This document shows, piece after piece, positions 17,760 to 28,927 of a stretch of 31,877 nucleotides of DNA. The DNA is taken from contig JALXAF010000525.1 of NCBI GenBank assembly GCA_026992375.1, forward strand, positions 1 through 31,877, read 5' to 3'. A program made the position numbers and the translations under genes. The notes under the pieces were generated by a model. The model was given only the letters and a program-made list of their open reading frames with translations. It had not been told where the DNA came from and did not search any database. The DNA is from Anaerolineae bacterium. GTDB taxonomy: Bacteria > Chloroflexota > Anaerolineae > J102. Within the stretch, counting starts at the first letter, position 1; every line of letters starts with the position of its first letter.

Positions 17760-18935
17760 TCAGGGGCACTGCACGAAGCCCTGGGCCCAGGGACAACGCC
17801 CGCACACAGGAAAGACGTTGTTCTCATTGCAATCCTGGAAATTCTCTTCGAAGCGCTCGCATCCCCCGCAGGTGAGACAGGGCGAATAGGGGAATTCCCG
17901 CACCCGACGGCGGAAATCGCTGTACTCGGTCGACTCCCAAATCTCGCGCAGCGGCTGCCGGGCGATGTTGCCCAGCGTGTAGTGTGTTACATGCTGCGGA
18001 CGTCCCAGCAGATAGACGGTGTGGTCTCGCATCAACTCAAGGCAGGGCGCGACTGCGCCATCCCGCCGGATGACCGCATAGCCCTGCTGCGTGAATTCGC
18101 AGTAATCATTGTAGCGACTCAGCGAGCTCTGCTTCCAGCTAAGGGTGACGGTGGAATCGAAGACCTCAATCAGCGGGGGTGCTGTGGTTTCATCTAGATT
18201 CATCTTGGGCAGACTCATGTTGGGGATGGCGGGTGAGGAGCGATAGGCCAGAGCGTACATGGCCCGATCATACAAAATCTCATCCGCCAGCGAAGGGTAG
18301 TAGGGCACGACATTGGAGACTTTGATCTCGGTGGCGCCGATCTGATGGGCGAGTTGAGGTAGTCGGGGCAGATCGGCGATGTTGCGCTTCATGGCCACAA
18401 AAGAGACGCCCACCACTGGCTTGTGCAGGCCGCGACCTCTTTGCGACACCTTGCGGCGAAACAGCTCGATGAAATTGTTGATCACCTGCTTGAACTCGCC
18501 ATGAATCCGGATATCGCCGTACACCTCGGGCGAAACGCCATCGATGGACACCATAATCTTGTCCACATCCAGATCGATGAGGGCCTGGGCCAACTCGGGC
18601 GTGAGCATCGTGCCGTTGGTGGTCATCTCCACTTGAGCGCCGATGCTTTTCGCCAGTTCGATAGCCTCTAGAAACCAGGGATAGGTCATGGGCTCGCCGT
18701 AACCGCCAAAATGGATAATGGGCGGCTGCTGAAACGCCCGCAATTGCTCGATGAGAGACTGATACAGCTCCCAGCGCATAGGGCCGTAGCCCTCATCCCT
18801 CCATGTGCGACGCACGCACATCACACAATCCAGATTACATGAGGTGGTGAGTTCGACATAAAGCTTGGTCAGAGAATCGTTCATTGTGATTGCGTTCTTA
18901 TTGAGAGATGATGTGCGTGTGTAAAGATAATTCAT
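17760..18935 (-). CDS. Radical SAM/SPASM protein resembling tungsten-cofactor oxidoreductase maturases (alternative start 18884)
   Basis: CNLDCVMC (CxxxCxxC), GGYGEP, TTNG, VSIDG. SPASM Cys cluster CEF...PC...PCLTCGGC...C...[14 protein letters not shown]. Confidence 0.85.
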   Translation of the reverse strand: MNYLYTRTSSLNKNAITMNDSLTKLYVELTTSCNLDCVMCVRRTWRDEGYGPMRWELYQSLIEQLRAFQQPPIIHFGGYGEPMTYPWFLEAIELAKSIGAQVEMTTNGTMLTPELAQALIDLDVDKIMVSIDGVSPEVYGDIRIHGEFKQVINNFIELFRRKVSQRGRGLHKPVVGVSFVAMKRNIADLPRLPQLAHQIGATEIKVSNVVPYYPSLADEILYDRAMYALAYRSSPAIPNMSLPKMNLDETTAPPLIEVFDSTVTLSWKQSSLSRYNDYCEFTQQGYAVIRRDGAVAPCLELMRDHTVYLLGRPQHVTHYTLGNIARQPLREIWESTEYSDFRRRVREFPYSPCLTCGGCERFEENFQDCNENNVFPVCGRCPWAQGFVQCP

Positions 18936-18973
18936 CCATTATCAATCATTGTCTCCTTAATGACAAAAATTTA

Positions 18974-19121
18974 GCAACTACTAAGGCCTCACCGCCACTT
19001 TTTGCCGCGAAGACACGAAGAAGATGAAGGCGTGATTTCTTTATTTTTTCCTGCGCGCCTTCGAAAAACTTCGAGCCTTTGCGGCTTTTATAGGCTTAAA
19101 GTCGAGTACGTTAGCAATTAC
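18974..19121. mobile_element. MITE family C, copy 1 (148 bp, no secondary insertion)
   Basis: TIR GCAACTACTAA / TTAGCAATTAC; exact 8-bp TSD AAAATTTA at 18966-18973 and 19122-19129. Confidence 0.88.
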
Positions 19122-19131
19122 AAAATTTATC

Positions 19132-19159
19132 TTGTCGGTTCTCTTTTTTTGGCTATAAT
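19132..19159 (+). promoter_or_regulatory. Putative promoter for the ATP-grasp gene
   Basis: TTGTCG, 16 bp, TATAAT; SD GAGAGGA at 19191-19197. Confidence 0.4.
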
Positions 19160-19202
19160 GGGAAGTAATTCCATTCGCCCCCTCCTGTTTGAGAGGAATG
19201 TC

Positions 19203-20867
19203 ATGATCCGTCCCATCTTCAATGAAACTATTTTTGATCTAATGCGTTTGCCCGAAGCGAAAATCCGACGTCGATTCAACGCGTTCAATGCCCATTTGCT
19301 CGATCTTTACGAGGAAGTGCTGCCTTATCGTCATACGCCTCGCACCGTCATCGTTGTACCCAGTCTGACGCTAGACCAGGAGGTGTTGGCGAAAATCCCG
19401 GGCATTAACTTCTACGAACAGCGGCTTTTGTATTATCTGATGATGCTGCAATTGCCGCGCACCCAGGTGATCTTCGTCACCAGCGAGTCTATCGATCCCT
19501 CCATCGTGGATTATTTCCTGAATCTGCTGCCTGGCGTGCCCGGCTCCCACGCCCGGGACCGCCTCACCCTGCTGGCCTGCCACGATGCATCCTCCCTCTC
19601 TCTCACCGAAAAGATATTGGCCCGCCCCCGGCTCATCCAGCGCATCCGCGAGAGCATTCGCTATCCTAATTCCGCCTACATGGAATGCTTCAACTCCACG
19701 CCCCACGAGCGGCGGCTTTCGGTGCTGCTCGGCGTGCCGCTCTACGCCCTGGATCCGGATCTGGCGAAACTGGGCAACAAAAGCTGGAACCGGCAATTGT
19801 TCAGAGAGGCGGGCGTGCTCTTCCCCGATGGTTTTGAGCATTTGCAGGATGAACGGGATGTAATCGAGGCGCTGGCCGCGCTCAAGAGAAAATACCCAGA
19901 CCTGCGTCGCACCGTGGTCAAGCTAAACGAGGGCTTTTCGGGCGAGGGCAACGCTATCTTCGATTTTAGCGACGCGCCAGAAGGTGACGGAATCGAATCG
20001 TGGGTGGAAAAGGAACTGCCTCGCAGGCTGCGATTCGAAAATCCCACCGAGACATATGAACGTTTTATGAACAAATTTCAGGAGATGGAGGGCATTGTCG
20101 AGGTTTTCATTGAAGGCGAAAACAAGCGTTCACCTTCGGTGCAGGGTCTCATCAATCCTCTGGGCCAGGGAACCGTGGTCTCAACCCACGAGCAGATTTT
20201 GGGCGGCCCCACCAAACAGGTGTACCTTGGCGCGACATTTCCCGCCAGCGAAGATTATCGGCTGGAATTGCAGGAGATCGGGCGACGCGTAGGCCACGCA
20301 CTGAGCACCCGCGGGGCCATCGGGCGGTTTTCGGTGGATTTCGTCTCGGTTCCCCGGCCTGATGGCGGCTGGGATCACTATTCGCTGGAGATCAACTTAC
20401 GCAAGGGCGGCACCACTCATCCTTTTATGACCCTGAAGTTCCTCACCCATGGCGAGTACAACCTGGAAGACGGCATGTATTACACAGGCACGGGGCAGCC
20501 CCGGTACTATTACGCCACCGACAATCTACACAGCGACGCCTATAAGGGCCTGACGCCCGAAGATCTGATGGACATCGCCCTCTGCGAGGGCCTGCACTTT
20601 CATGGCGGCACCCAGGAAGGCATGGTCTTTCATCTCATCGGCGCGCTTTCCGAATATGGCAAGCTGGGCATGGTGGCCATCGGCTCCACGCCCGAACGGG
20701 CCGAATCCTATTACTACACCACTCTCGAAGCGCTGGATCGCGTCACCCAAAGTGGCGGGAAATGTCAAAATCCGCCACGGGATCCTTCCGAGGCCACCGC
20801 TCCCACGCACTTCACTCCATGGTGGGACGCCCATGAACCGCAGGAAGATGAGAAGACGACGTTTTGA
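19203..20867 (+). CDS. PGM1-related ATP-grasp peptide ligase family protein
   Basis: VVVPSL...YEQRLL, LGNKS..RQLF, VVKLNEGFSGEGN, SPSVQ, THEQILGG...YLGATFPA, GRFSVDFV, EINLRKGGTTHP. Start set at the ATG after the SD. Confidence 0.8.
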   Translation: MIRPIFNETIFDLMRLPEAKIRRRFNAFNAHLLDLYEEVLPYRHTPRTVIVVPSLTLDQEVLAKIPGINFYEQRLLYYLMMLQLPRTQVIFVTSESIDPSIVDYFLNLLPGVPGSHARDRLTLLACHDASSLSLTEKILARPRLIQRIRESIRYPNSAYMECFNSTPHERRLSVLLGVPLYALDPDLAKLGNKSWNRQLFREAGVLFPDGFEHLQDERDVIEALAALKRKYPDLRRTVVKLNEGFSGEGNAIFDFSDAPEGDGIESWVEKELPRRLRFENPTETYERFMNKFQEMEGIVEVFIEGENKRSPSVQGLINPLGQGTVVSTHEQILGGPTKQVYLGATFPASEDYRLELQEIGRRVGHALSTRGAIGRFSVDFVSVPRPDGGWDHYSLEINLRKGGTTHPFMTLKFLTHGEYNLEDGMYYTGTGQPRYYYATDNLHSDAYKGLTPEDLMDIALCEGLHFHGGTQEGMVFHLIGALSEYGKLGMVAIGSTPERAESYYYTTLEALDRVTQSGGKCQNPPRDPSEATAPTHFTPWWDAHEPQEDEKTTF

Positions 20868-20972
20868 GGGATTTTTCGTAGCTACTAAGGTCTCATCACC
20901 ACTTTTTGCCACGAAGACACGAAGAACACGAAGACATGAAGAAGATGATGGCGTGAAGTATTTTTCTTTATT

Positions 20973-21174
20973 AGATGTTATCGGAAATAAGAAAGCTGTT
21001 TCTCACGTCTGGCGTCATACTGCTGCCGACAGAACTCAATGATTAATGAATAATGATTAAAGGCTAAATCAACGTGGTTTTCACTTTAATCATTACTCAT
21101 TGATCTTTGATTCGGGCATGATTGGGCGCAAGGTTGATAGCTCGCCTCGCCGCAGGTTGTTTCCGATAATGTCT
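20973..21174. mobile_element. MITE family A, copy 2 (202 bp), nested in C2
   Basis: TIR AGATGTTATCGGAAATAA / TTGTTTCCGATAATGTCT; ATT duplicated at 20970-20972 and 21175-21177. Confidence 0.9.
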
Positions 21175-21244
21175 ATTTTTCTCTTCGCGTCTTCGAAAGA
21201 CTTCGAGCCTTCGTGGCTTTTTGAGGCTTAAAGTCGAGTACGTT

Positions 21245-21475
21245 GTGACTATATAGCTCACATATCAAATTTTGAAGATTAGAGCCGCCAACAGGCGACA
21301 TGCCACGACCGTCAAGCTTCAAACGTCACATTGCTGTAATGATGTCATGGTCCATTGTAGGATTCATCTTTGGCGATAACATCCTGACGTTTGACGTTTT
21401 ACGCATGACGCGGGTTGGCGTCAATGGCAATCATTGCTGCAGCAAGCGTTTTCTCGCCGTGACCTGCATAGTTTC
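21245..21475. mobile_element. MITE family D (231 bp), nested in C2
   Basis: Exact 8-bp TSD AGTACGTT at 21237-21244 and 21476-21483. Imperfect TIR GTGACTATATAGCTCAC vs GAAACTATGCAGGTCAC (12/17). Confidence 0.8.
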
Positions 21476-21573
21476 AGTACGTTAGCAGTTACGATTTTTC
21501 TCCGTCTCCTCCGTGCCTCCGTAGTGAGATGACCTTTTTCCAGTGGGCTTAACCAAGCCAGAAGAGCCGACCT

Positions 21574-22695
21574 TTATCGCCTGCCGCCCGTAAGCTCGGA
21601 TTGCAGGGCTTCCAACGCCTCCCAGTCGCCGTCGGCCGCCAGCCGCGCCTGCTCGGGCCAGGTGTCGGGCTTTGCTAGCCTGAAGCGGGACCCTGCATTG
21701 GCCAGAATCCGGCGTAAGTCCTCGATATCAGCGCTGGCAAGTTGAGCAAAGGTGGAGATGCCGGCTTCGTTGAGGAGCTGTGAGATTTTGGGGCCAATGC
21801 CTTCGATGATGCGCAGATCATCCGCCTGAGACGCCGCGTCCGGGAGCTCGACTTCTTCACCGCGAGACGGCGTGTCTGCGGTCAGGGACGAATCACCTTC
21901 CTCGACAATAGCTGTATCGGCTTGGGGCAGAGCCACATCCATCTTGGGCGTCTCAACGTCGACCTCAGAGATATCGACAACGGTCTCGGGCGTCTCTATG
22001 TCGACTTCTGGCGCTTCGCTCTCCACAACCAGCGCATCTGCATCAACCCCGAGCGCTTCCGGTTCGATCTCGGGCGTCTCAACGTCGACCTCAGAGATAT
22101 CGACAACGGTCTCGGGCGTCTCTATGTCGACTTCTGGCGCTTCGCTCTCCATAGCCAGCGCGTCTGCATCAACCCCGAGCGCTTCCGGTTCGATCTCGGG
22201 CGTCTCAACGTCGACCTCAGAGATATCGACAATGGTCTCGGGCGTCTCTATGTCGACTTCTGGCGCTTCGCTCTCCACAGCCAGCGCATCTGCATCAACC
22301 CCGAGTGCTTCCGGTTCGATCTCGGGCGTCTCAATCTCGACTTCGGGCGTCGATTGTTCAGTGTAATCCGAACCGGCGCTCATCTCGGCGAAGCTCGTCG
22401 CTAATTCCAATTGATGTTGCGTGTCTGCCAGCGCAACATTCAGTGCATCGATTTCCTGCGCCATCTCTCGACGCTCTGCCTCATAAGACTTCAATTTTGC
22501 GTTCAATTCAGCAGCCTGATCTTGTAGCGCTTGCAGTCGTTCATTCGTCGCTTTGAGCGCTGCATTTTCTGCCTGAAGATCATCGCATCGTTTTTGCCAC
22601 TTGGCAACGCGTCGCCGCCCCAAGAAGAAATGATCGATGAGCCATTCGATTATCCATCCGACAAGTGCGCCAACGAAAAAACTCAACCAGTCCAT
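21574..22695 (-). CDS. Membrane-anchored protein: TM helix, coiled coil, acidic tandem repeats, C-terminal HhH (DUF4332-like) domain
   Basis: MDWLSFFVGALVGW after SD GGAGG; C-terminal DDLRIIEGIGPKISQLLNEAGISTFAQLA...W.EQA.LAADG.W. Confidence 0.82.
   Translation of the reverse strand: MDWLSFFVGALVGWIIEWLIDHFFLGRRRVAKWQKRCDDLQAENAALKATNERLQALQDQAAELNAKLKSYEAERREMAQEIDALNVALADTQHQLELATSFAEMSAGSDYTEQSTPEVEIETPEIEPEALGVDADALAVESEAPEVDIETPETIVDISEVDVETPEIEPEALGVDADALAMESEAPEVDIETPETVVDISEVDVETPEIEPEALGVDADALVVESEAPEVDIETPETVVDISEVDVETPKMDVALPQADTAIVEEGDSSLTADTPSRGEEVELPDAASQADDLRIIEGIGPKISQLLNEAGISTFAQLASADIEDLRRILANAGSRFRLAKPDTWPEQARLAADGDWEALEALQSELTGGRR
21945..22345. repeat. In-frame 126-bp tandem repeat x3 (42 aa)
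   Basis: CGTCTCAA unit starts at 21949, 22075, 22201 and 22327; units differ by a few substitutions. Confidence 0.95.
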
Positions 22696-22762
22696 GAAAA
22701 AACCTCCAGTGATCAAAAAGGTGTGAAAAAAGAGAATGTCGAGAATGATATGGTAACGATTT

Positions 22763-24802
<2,040 letters not shown>

Positions 24803-24855
24803 TCAGTGCGAGGTAAACGCCAGGGGACAGAGTCCCCCGGCCAGGAACTGCATCT

Positions 24856-25668
24856 CTACTGTTCGGGAGCAAGATAATCTTCCACCGCCCAGCCAACGTA
24901 ACCCTTGGGTGTTTTCAACTGCCACCAGGTGTAGCCATCGGCTTTCTCCGGCCCGCCAATGACCGTCAGCCTGACGCCATCCTTGATCACGCCAACGCGT
25001 TTATAATCGGTGCCCGGCCCGGCCCGGAATGACAGCTTATCCTTGCCCGTGCCTGTGACCACCACCGTCTGTCCGATGGTGAACTTGCCGCCCGTCGCGG
25101 GGGCGGTGGTTGGCGCAGGCGCGGGCGGCTGCGTAGGCTGAACCGCGGGCGCTTCAGCGGGCGTGGCCTCGGGCGTTGCCTCCAGGCCGCCGCCAGCAGG
25201 GGCCTCGGAACCGGATTCCAGAGATTGGGTGGGCAGAGGGGCCAGCGTCGGGGTGAAAGTGGGCAAAGCTGCTGTCGTGGGCGTACTAGCGATTCCGGGC
25301 ATGGCGGGAGTCTTTTTCTTGCGACTGCTGCAAGAGCGGGCCAGCAACACGATAATCGCCATCACCAGGATGATGATAATAGCCAACCGCCACCAGTTCT
25401 CCCGCCACCAATCGCCACTATCCTTCGCTTCTTCATTCGGCTTCAGTTCAGCGTCGGTGACAGGCGGCTCGGGCGGCTCGTAAAAAGACGCATCAATGCC
25501 ATCCTCCAGTGGATCCGCGACATCCACACCAGAAACATCCTCATCATTCCAATTCGGATCATAAACACCGGCGGGATAGCCTTCGTCAACAGCCTCCTCT
25601 TCCGGATCATACGATTCCTCTGAAGCGTCATCCATCCAGGGGGTGTTGAAGGAATTGTCATCACTCAT
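24856..25668 (-). CDS. Single-pass membrane protein with an acidic N-terminus and C-terminal bacterial SH3 domain
   Basis: D/E-rich N-terminus, TM LAIIIILVMAIIVLLA, PT-rich linker, LSFRAGPGTDY...GP..ADGYTWWQL....GWA. Confidence 0.85.
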   Translation of the reverse strand: MSDDNSFNTPWMDDASEESYDPEEEAVDEGYPAGVYDPNWNDEDVSGVDVADPLEDGIDASFYEPPEPPVTDAELKPNEEAKDSGDWWRENWWRLAIIIILVMAIIVLLARSCSSRKKKTPAMPGIASTPTTAALPTFTPTLAPLPTQSLESGSEAPAGGGLEATPEATPAEAPAVQPTQPPAPAPTTAPATGGKFTIGQTVVVTGTGKDKLSFRAGPGTDYKRVGVIKDGVRLTVIGGPEKADGYTWWQLKTPKGYVGWAVEDYLAPEQ

Positions 25669-25725
25669 TTTGAATCATCCTTTACTGTGGGGGAATGGGG
25701 GAAAGCACCGAAAATTCGATGTATG

Positions 25726-25876
25726 GTAACTACTAAGGTCGTCACCGGTCGTCACCCGAAAACCACTAAGAGCACTAAGATACAAAGGCACAAAGGGGAA
25801 TTTATACATTTTTCTTCGTGTTCTTAGTGTCTTTGCGCCCTCTGTGGTTTGTTATTCGGGGTGCGTTAGCAGTTAC
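25726..25876. mobile_element. MITE family C, copy 3 (151 bp, different interior)
   Basis: TIR GTAACTACTAA / TTAGCAGTTAC. The left TSD GATGTATG (25718-25725) is restored on the right once MITE B and one copy of its TSD are removed (GATG 25877-25880 + TATG 26158-26161). Confidence 0.85.
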
Positions 25877-25880
25877 GATG

Positions 25881-26149
25881 GGGTGCGTTCCAATTTGGGG
25901 GCAAATTTGCATTTCTTGCCAGAACCTGCCGATTGAAATCAGGGCTGGGGGCAACCCCCTCCTTTTGTTCCTCCCCCGCTCCGAGACGGGCGGGGGGGGC
26001 GATAAGGAAGTTTGATTGGATGGGCCGCTTGTTTGCCTGCGCAGACAGGCCAATTTGCGCCCGAAAATGTCCTCGCAGGAGGACATGCGGCGGAACGCCC
26101 TCAGAACCGAATTCTATTCGGCCAGTGCGCCCCAAATTGAAACGCATCC
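25881..26149. mobile_element. MITE family B, complete copy (269 bp)
   Basis: TIR GGGTGCGTTCCAATTTGGGG vs GGATGCGTTTCAATTTGGGG (18/20); exact TSD TTACGATG at 25873-25880 and 26150-26157. Confidence 0.9.
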
Positions 26150-26186
26150 TTACGATGTATGACATTATACCATCCTTTTGCAAAAC

Positions 26187-26195
26187 TGCTATAAT
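26187..26195 (+). promoter_or_regulatory. Extended -10 element (TGcTATAAT), possibly for the cyclodeaminase gene
   Basis: Consensus match about 245 nt upstream of 26441; no clear -35. Confidence 0.35.
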
Positions 26196-26440
26196 GTACG
26201 CGAAAGGACTTATAATCCTACAATTTTGTAACTGCTCTGGCAGCCTGTTTCGGCCTCGAAAACGCCTTGTCGCGAAGGCGAGAAGGGACGAGAACAATGC
26301 AGGTTTGCAAGCGGCAAGTTTTTTAGCGGCGACTTTTTCGCATGACCCTGTCACTTGCCTCCTTCTCGTCTTCGTTGTTTTTGACCTCGTCACATGCGTG
26401 GTTGCCACCTTTTCACTTTTCGACAATGGAGTTGCATGTT

Positions 26441-27070
26441 ATGCTCACGGCATTGACAGTCCAACAATTCTTGTCCGAGCTGGCAAAAGGCTCGGCCACG
26501 CCTGGCGGCGGGTCGGCCGCAGGAATGGAAGGCGCACAGGGCGCGGCGTTGCTTGCCATGGTCTGCAATCTCACCATTGGCCGCAGGAAATATGCGGATG
26601 TCGAGGAGGAGATGCAGGCGGCGCTGGATCGAGCGGAGCGCCTGCGTTTGCGCCTGCTGGATCTGGTGGAGGAGGACACCCGGGCCTTCGACGGGGTGAT
26701 GGCCGCGTACAAGCTGCCCAGAGAGACGCCCGAGCAAAAAGCCGCGCGCAGCGCGGCCATTCAGGATGGCCTGAAGGAGGCCGCCCGCACGCCCATGGAG
26801 ACCCTGGAAGCCTGCGTGGCCGTGCTGGAGCTGGCCCCCGGCGTGGTAAGCAAGGGCAACCCCAACGTCATCAGCGATGGCGGAGCGGGCGTGCTTTCGG
26901 CTCATGCCGGCATGATGATCGCAGCCCTGAACGTGCGCATCAACCTCAATGCCATCAGGGATGAAATTTTCGTGGCGGAGCAGAGCGCGAAGATGGATGC
27001 ACTCATCGCCCGCGGAGACGCGGCCAAGGCCAAAGCCTGGGCCATCGTGGCCGAACGGTTGGGAATGTAG
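26441..27070 (+). CDS. Formiminotetrahydrofolate cyclodeaminase/cyclohydrolase family protein
   Basis: FLSELAKGSATPGGGSAA, MVCNLTIG, LVEEDTRAF, GNPNVISD, ALNVRINL. Start set to MLTALT after GGAG. Confidence 0.92.
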   Translation: MLTALTVQQFLSELAKGSATPGGGSAAGMEGAQGAALLAMVCNLTIGRRKYADVEEEMQAALDRAERLRLRLLDLVEEDTRAFDGVMAAYKLPRETPEQKAARSAAIQDGLKEAARTPMETLEACVAVLELAPGVVSKGNPNVISDGGAGVLSAHAGMMIAALNVRINLNAIRDEIFVAEQSAKMDALIARGDAAKAKAWAIVAERLGM

Positions 27071-27371
27071 GCTGCAGTCGGCTGGTCGTTTGGTCGGGCG
27101 GTCGTATCGTAGAGCCATACAATCATTTGCGCTTCCGCCCTCTCGCCATCCTCATCCTAGAGACTGGATGGAGGATGCGAAATGGGAGAAAAATCGTCAG
27201 TAGTGGAGGCGGAGAACTCGTTGTTTCGCTCTCCATGGCGGAAAGGAGTAAAATGGCGATCATCCAGGCCTTTGCACCGGGCTTGAAAATACGCCACATT
27301 CAAATCGAACCTTCACCCTGACGGCTTTTTGTGAGGCCGTCGCCAGAACCAAGTCAAGGAGGACTTATTTC

Positions 27372-28679
27372 ATGGCAAAACAGAAATCCCTCGCGCAGGA
27401 ACTCATCGCCCGCGATGCTGCGAACATCTCGCCCTCGTACACCCGCAGCTATCCCTTTGTGATGGCCAGGGGACGAGGCTCGGAAGTGTGGGATGTGGAT
27501 GGGAAACGGTATATCGATTTTGGAACGGGCATCGCGGTGACGAACACGGGGCACAGCCATCCCCATGTGGTGGAGGCCATCAAACAACAGGTGGACGCGT
27601 TCCTGCACATGTCGGGCACCGATTTTTACTACGCTCAGCAGATCGAGCTGGCCGAGCGGCTGAACAAGATCGTTCCCATCTCTGGCCCGACCAAAGTTTT
27701 CTTTGGCAACTCCGGGGCCGAAGCCGTGGAGGCGGCCCTCAAACTGGCCCGATGGCGCACCAAACGCCCGCGCTACATCGCCTTTTACAAGGCATTCCAC
27801 GGCCGCACCTTCGGTGCGCTCTCCCTCACCGCGTCCAAAGCCATCCAGCGCAACGGATTCGCGCCCCTGGTGCCGGGCGTCTCCCACGCGTTCTATCCCA
27901 ACCCCTACCGCAATCCCTTCCCCGGACAGGATCCGGGTCAGGCCGCTCTGGATTACATCGAAAATCACCTGTTCAAGACCACTACGCCGCCCGACGAGGT
28001 CGCGGCCATCATCGTCGAGCCCATTCAGGGCGAGGGCGGTTACATCGTGCCTCCCGACAACTTCCTGCCGGGCCTGCGCGAGCTGGCCGACAAATACGGC
28101 ATTCTGCTCATCTTCGACGAGGTGCAGACCGGCTTCGGGCGCACCGGCAAGATGTTTGCGGCCGAGCACTGGGGCGTGGAGCCCGACATCATCTGCATGG
28201 CCAAGGGCATTGCCAGCGGCATGCCCCTGGGCGCGATCGTGGCCAAGGCTGATGTAATGCGCTGGCCTCCGGGCGCGCACGCCAGCACCTTTGGCGGCAA
28301 TCCCGTGAGCTGCGCCGCGGGCCTGGCCACGTTGGACTTGCTGGAGGGTGGTTTTGTAGAGATGGCGGCCCGCAGCGGCGCTTATCTCAAGTCCCGCTTG
28401 CGCGAGATGGCCGAGCGCTATCCCGTGATGGGCGATGTGCGGGGCAAGGGCCTGATGGTGGGCGTGGAGATGGTCAAAGACCCGGAGAGCAAAGCGCCCT
28501 GGCCCGAGCTGCGCAACCTCATCGTGCAGAAAGCCTTCGAGCATGGCCTGCTTATGCTGGGCTGCGGAACCAACAGTCTGCGCTTCATCCCTGCCCTGAA
28601 CATCCCCGAAGAGCTGCTAGATGAGGGCGTCAATCTCTACGAAGCCGCACTGACAGACGCACTGGCCGAGATCGACTGA
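27372..28679 (+). CDS. Class III PLP aminotransferase (4-aminobutyrate/acetylornithine aminotransferase-like)
   Basis: NSGAEAVE, FHGRT, EPIQGEGG, DEVQTGFGRTG, PLP lysine in MAKG, STFGGNP. SD AAGGAGG. Confidence 0.93.
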   Translation: MAKQKSLAQELIARDAANISPSYTRSYPFVMARGRGSEVWDVDGKRYIDFGTGIAVTNTGHSHPHVVEAIKQQVDAFLHMSGTDFYYAQQIELAERLNKIVPISGPTKVFFGNSGAEAVEAALKLARWRTKRPRYIAFYKAFHGRTFGALSLTASKAIQRNGFAPLVPGVSHAFYPNPYRNPFPGQDPGQAALDYIENHLFKTTTPPDEVAAIIVEPIQGEGGYIVPPDNFLPGLRELADKYGILLIFDEVQTGFGRTGKMFAAEHWGVEPDIICMAKGIASGMPLGAIVAKADVMRWPPGAHASTFGGNPVSCAAGLATLDLLEGGFVEMAARSGAYLKSRLREMAERYPVMGDVRGKGLMVGVEMVKDPESKAPWPELRNLIVQKAFEHGLLMLGCGTNSLRFIPALNIPEELLDEGVNLYEAALTDALAEID

Positions 28680-28927
28680 AAAACCGGCGCTTCGCACCAG
28701 ATTGACATTTAGCGCTTCGCTCGTAAGCCCCTTCCATGTTAAGGAAGAGAAGCAACCGGAGCATCTAACGAGCGCAACAAGCGCATCTCCCTTATGGGCG
28801 AGCGAATTCGCCCCCCTGAAGACCAGACCCCGGGGGTCTCGCCAGGCCTCCGGGGTCTTTGATTCCGTACAATGTAGATAAACGCCGAAACAGTCGCCAT
28901 GAGCGATTGCTCACACATAACGAACGA

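Larger units (their letters stand above)
20878..21492. mobile_element. MITE family C, copy 2, containing nested MITE A and MITE D
   Basis: TIR GTAGCTACTAA / TTAGCAGTTAC; exact TSD GATTTTTC at 20870-20877 and 21493-21500. Removing the nested elements leaves about 171 bp collinear with copy 1. Confidence 0.88.

Noticed and set aside
17632-17805. N-terminal extension of the Thx ORF to 97 aa
   Set aside because: Overlaps the rSAM 3' end; the SD and Thx homology place the start at 17631.
19002-19202. N-terminal extension of the ATP-grasp ORF
   Set aside because: It is read-through of MITE C1; promoter and SD signals point to 19203.
18974-21492. Composite transposon: two direct-oriented C elements bracketing the ATP-grasp gene
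   Set aside because: Each C copy has its own intact TSD pair (AAAATTTA; GATTTTTC) and the outer flanks do not match, so these are independent insertions.
21945-22345. Possible CRISPR array
   Set aside because: Contiguous 126-bp units with no unique spacers, in frame inside a CDS.
26196-26440. THF or ZTP riboswitch ahead of the cyclodeaminase gene
   Set aside because: No consensus motif recognised. A lone GTAACTGCTC at 26228 resembles a C-type end but has no partner.
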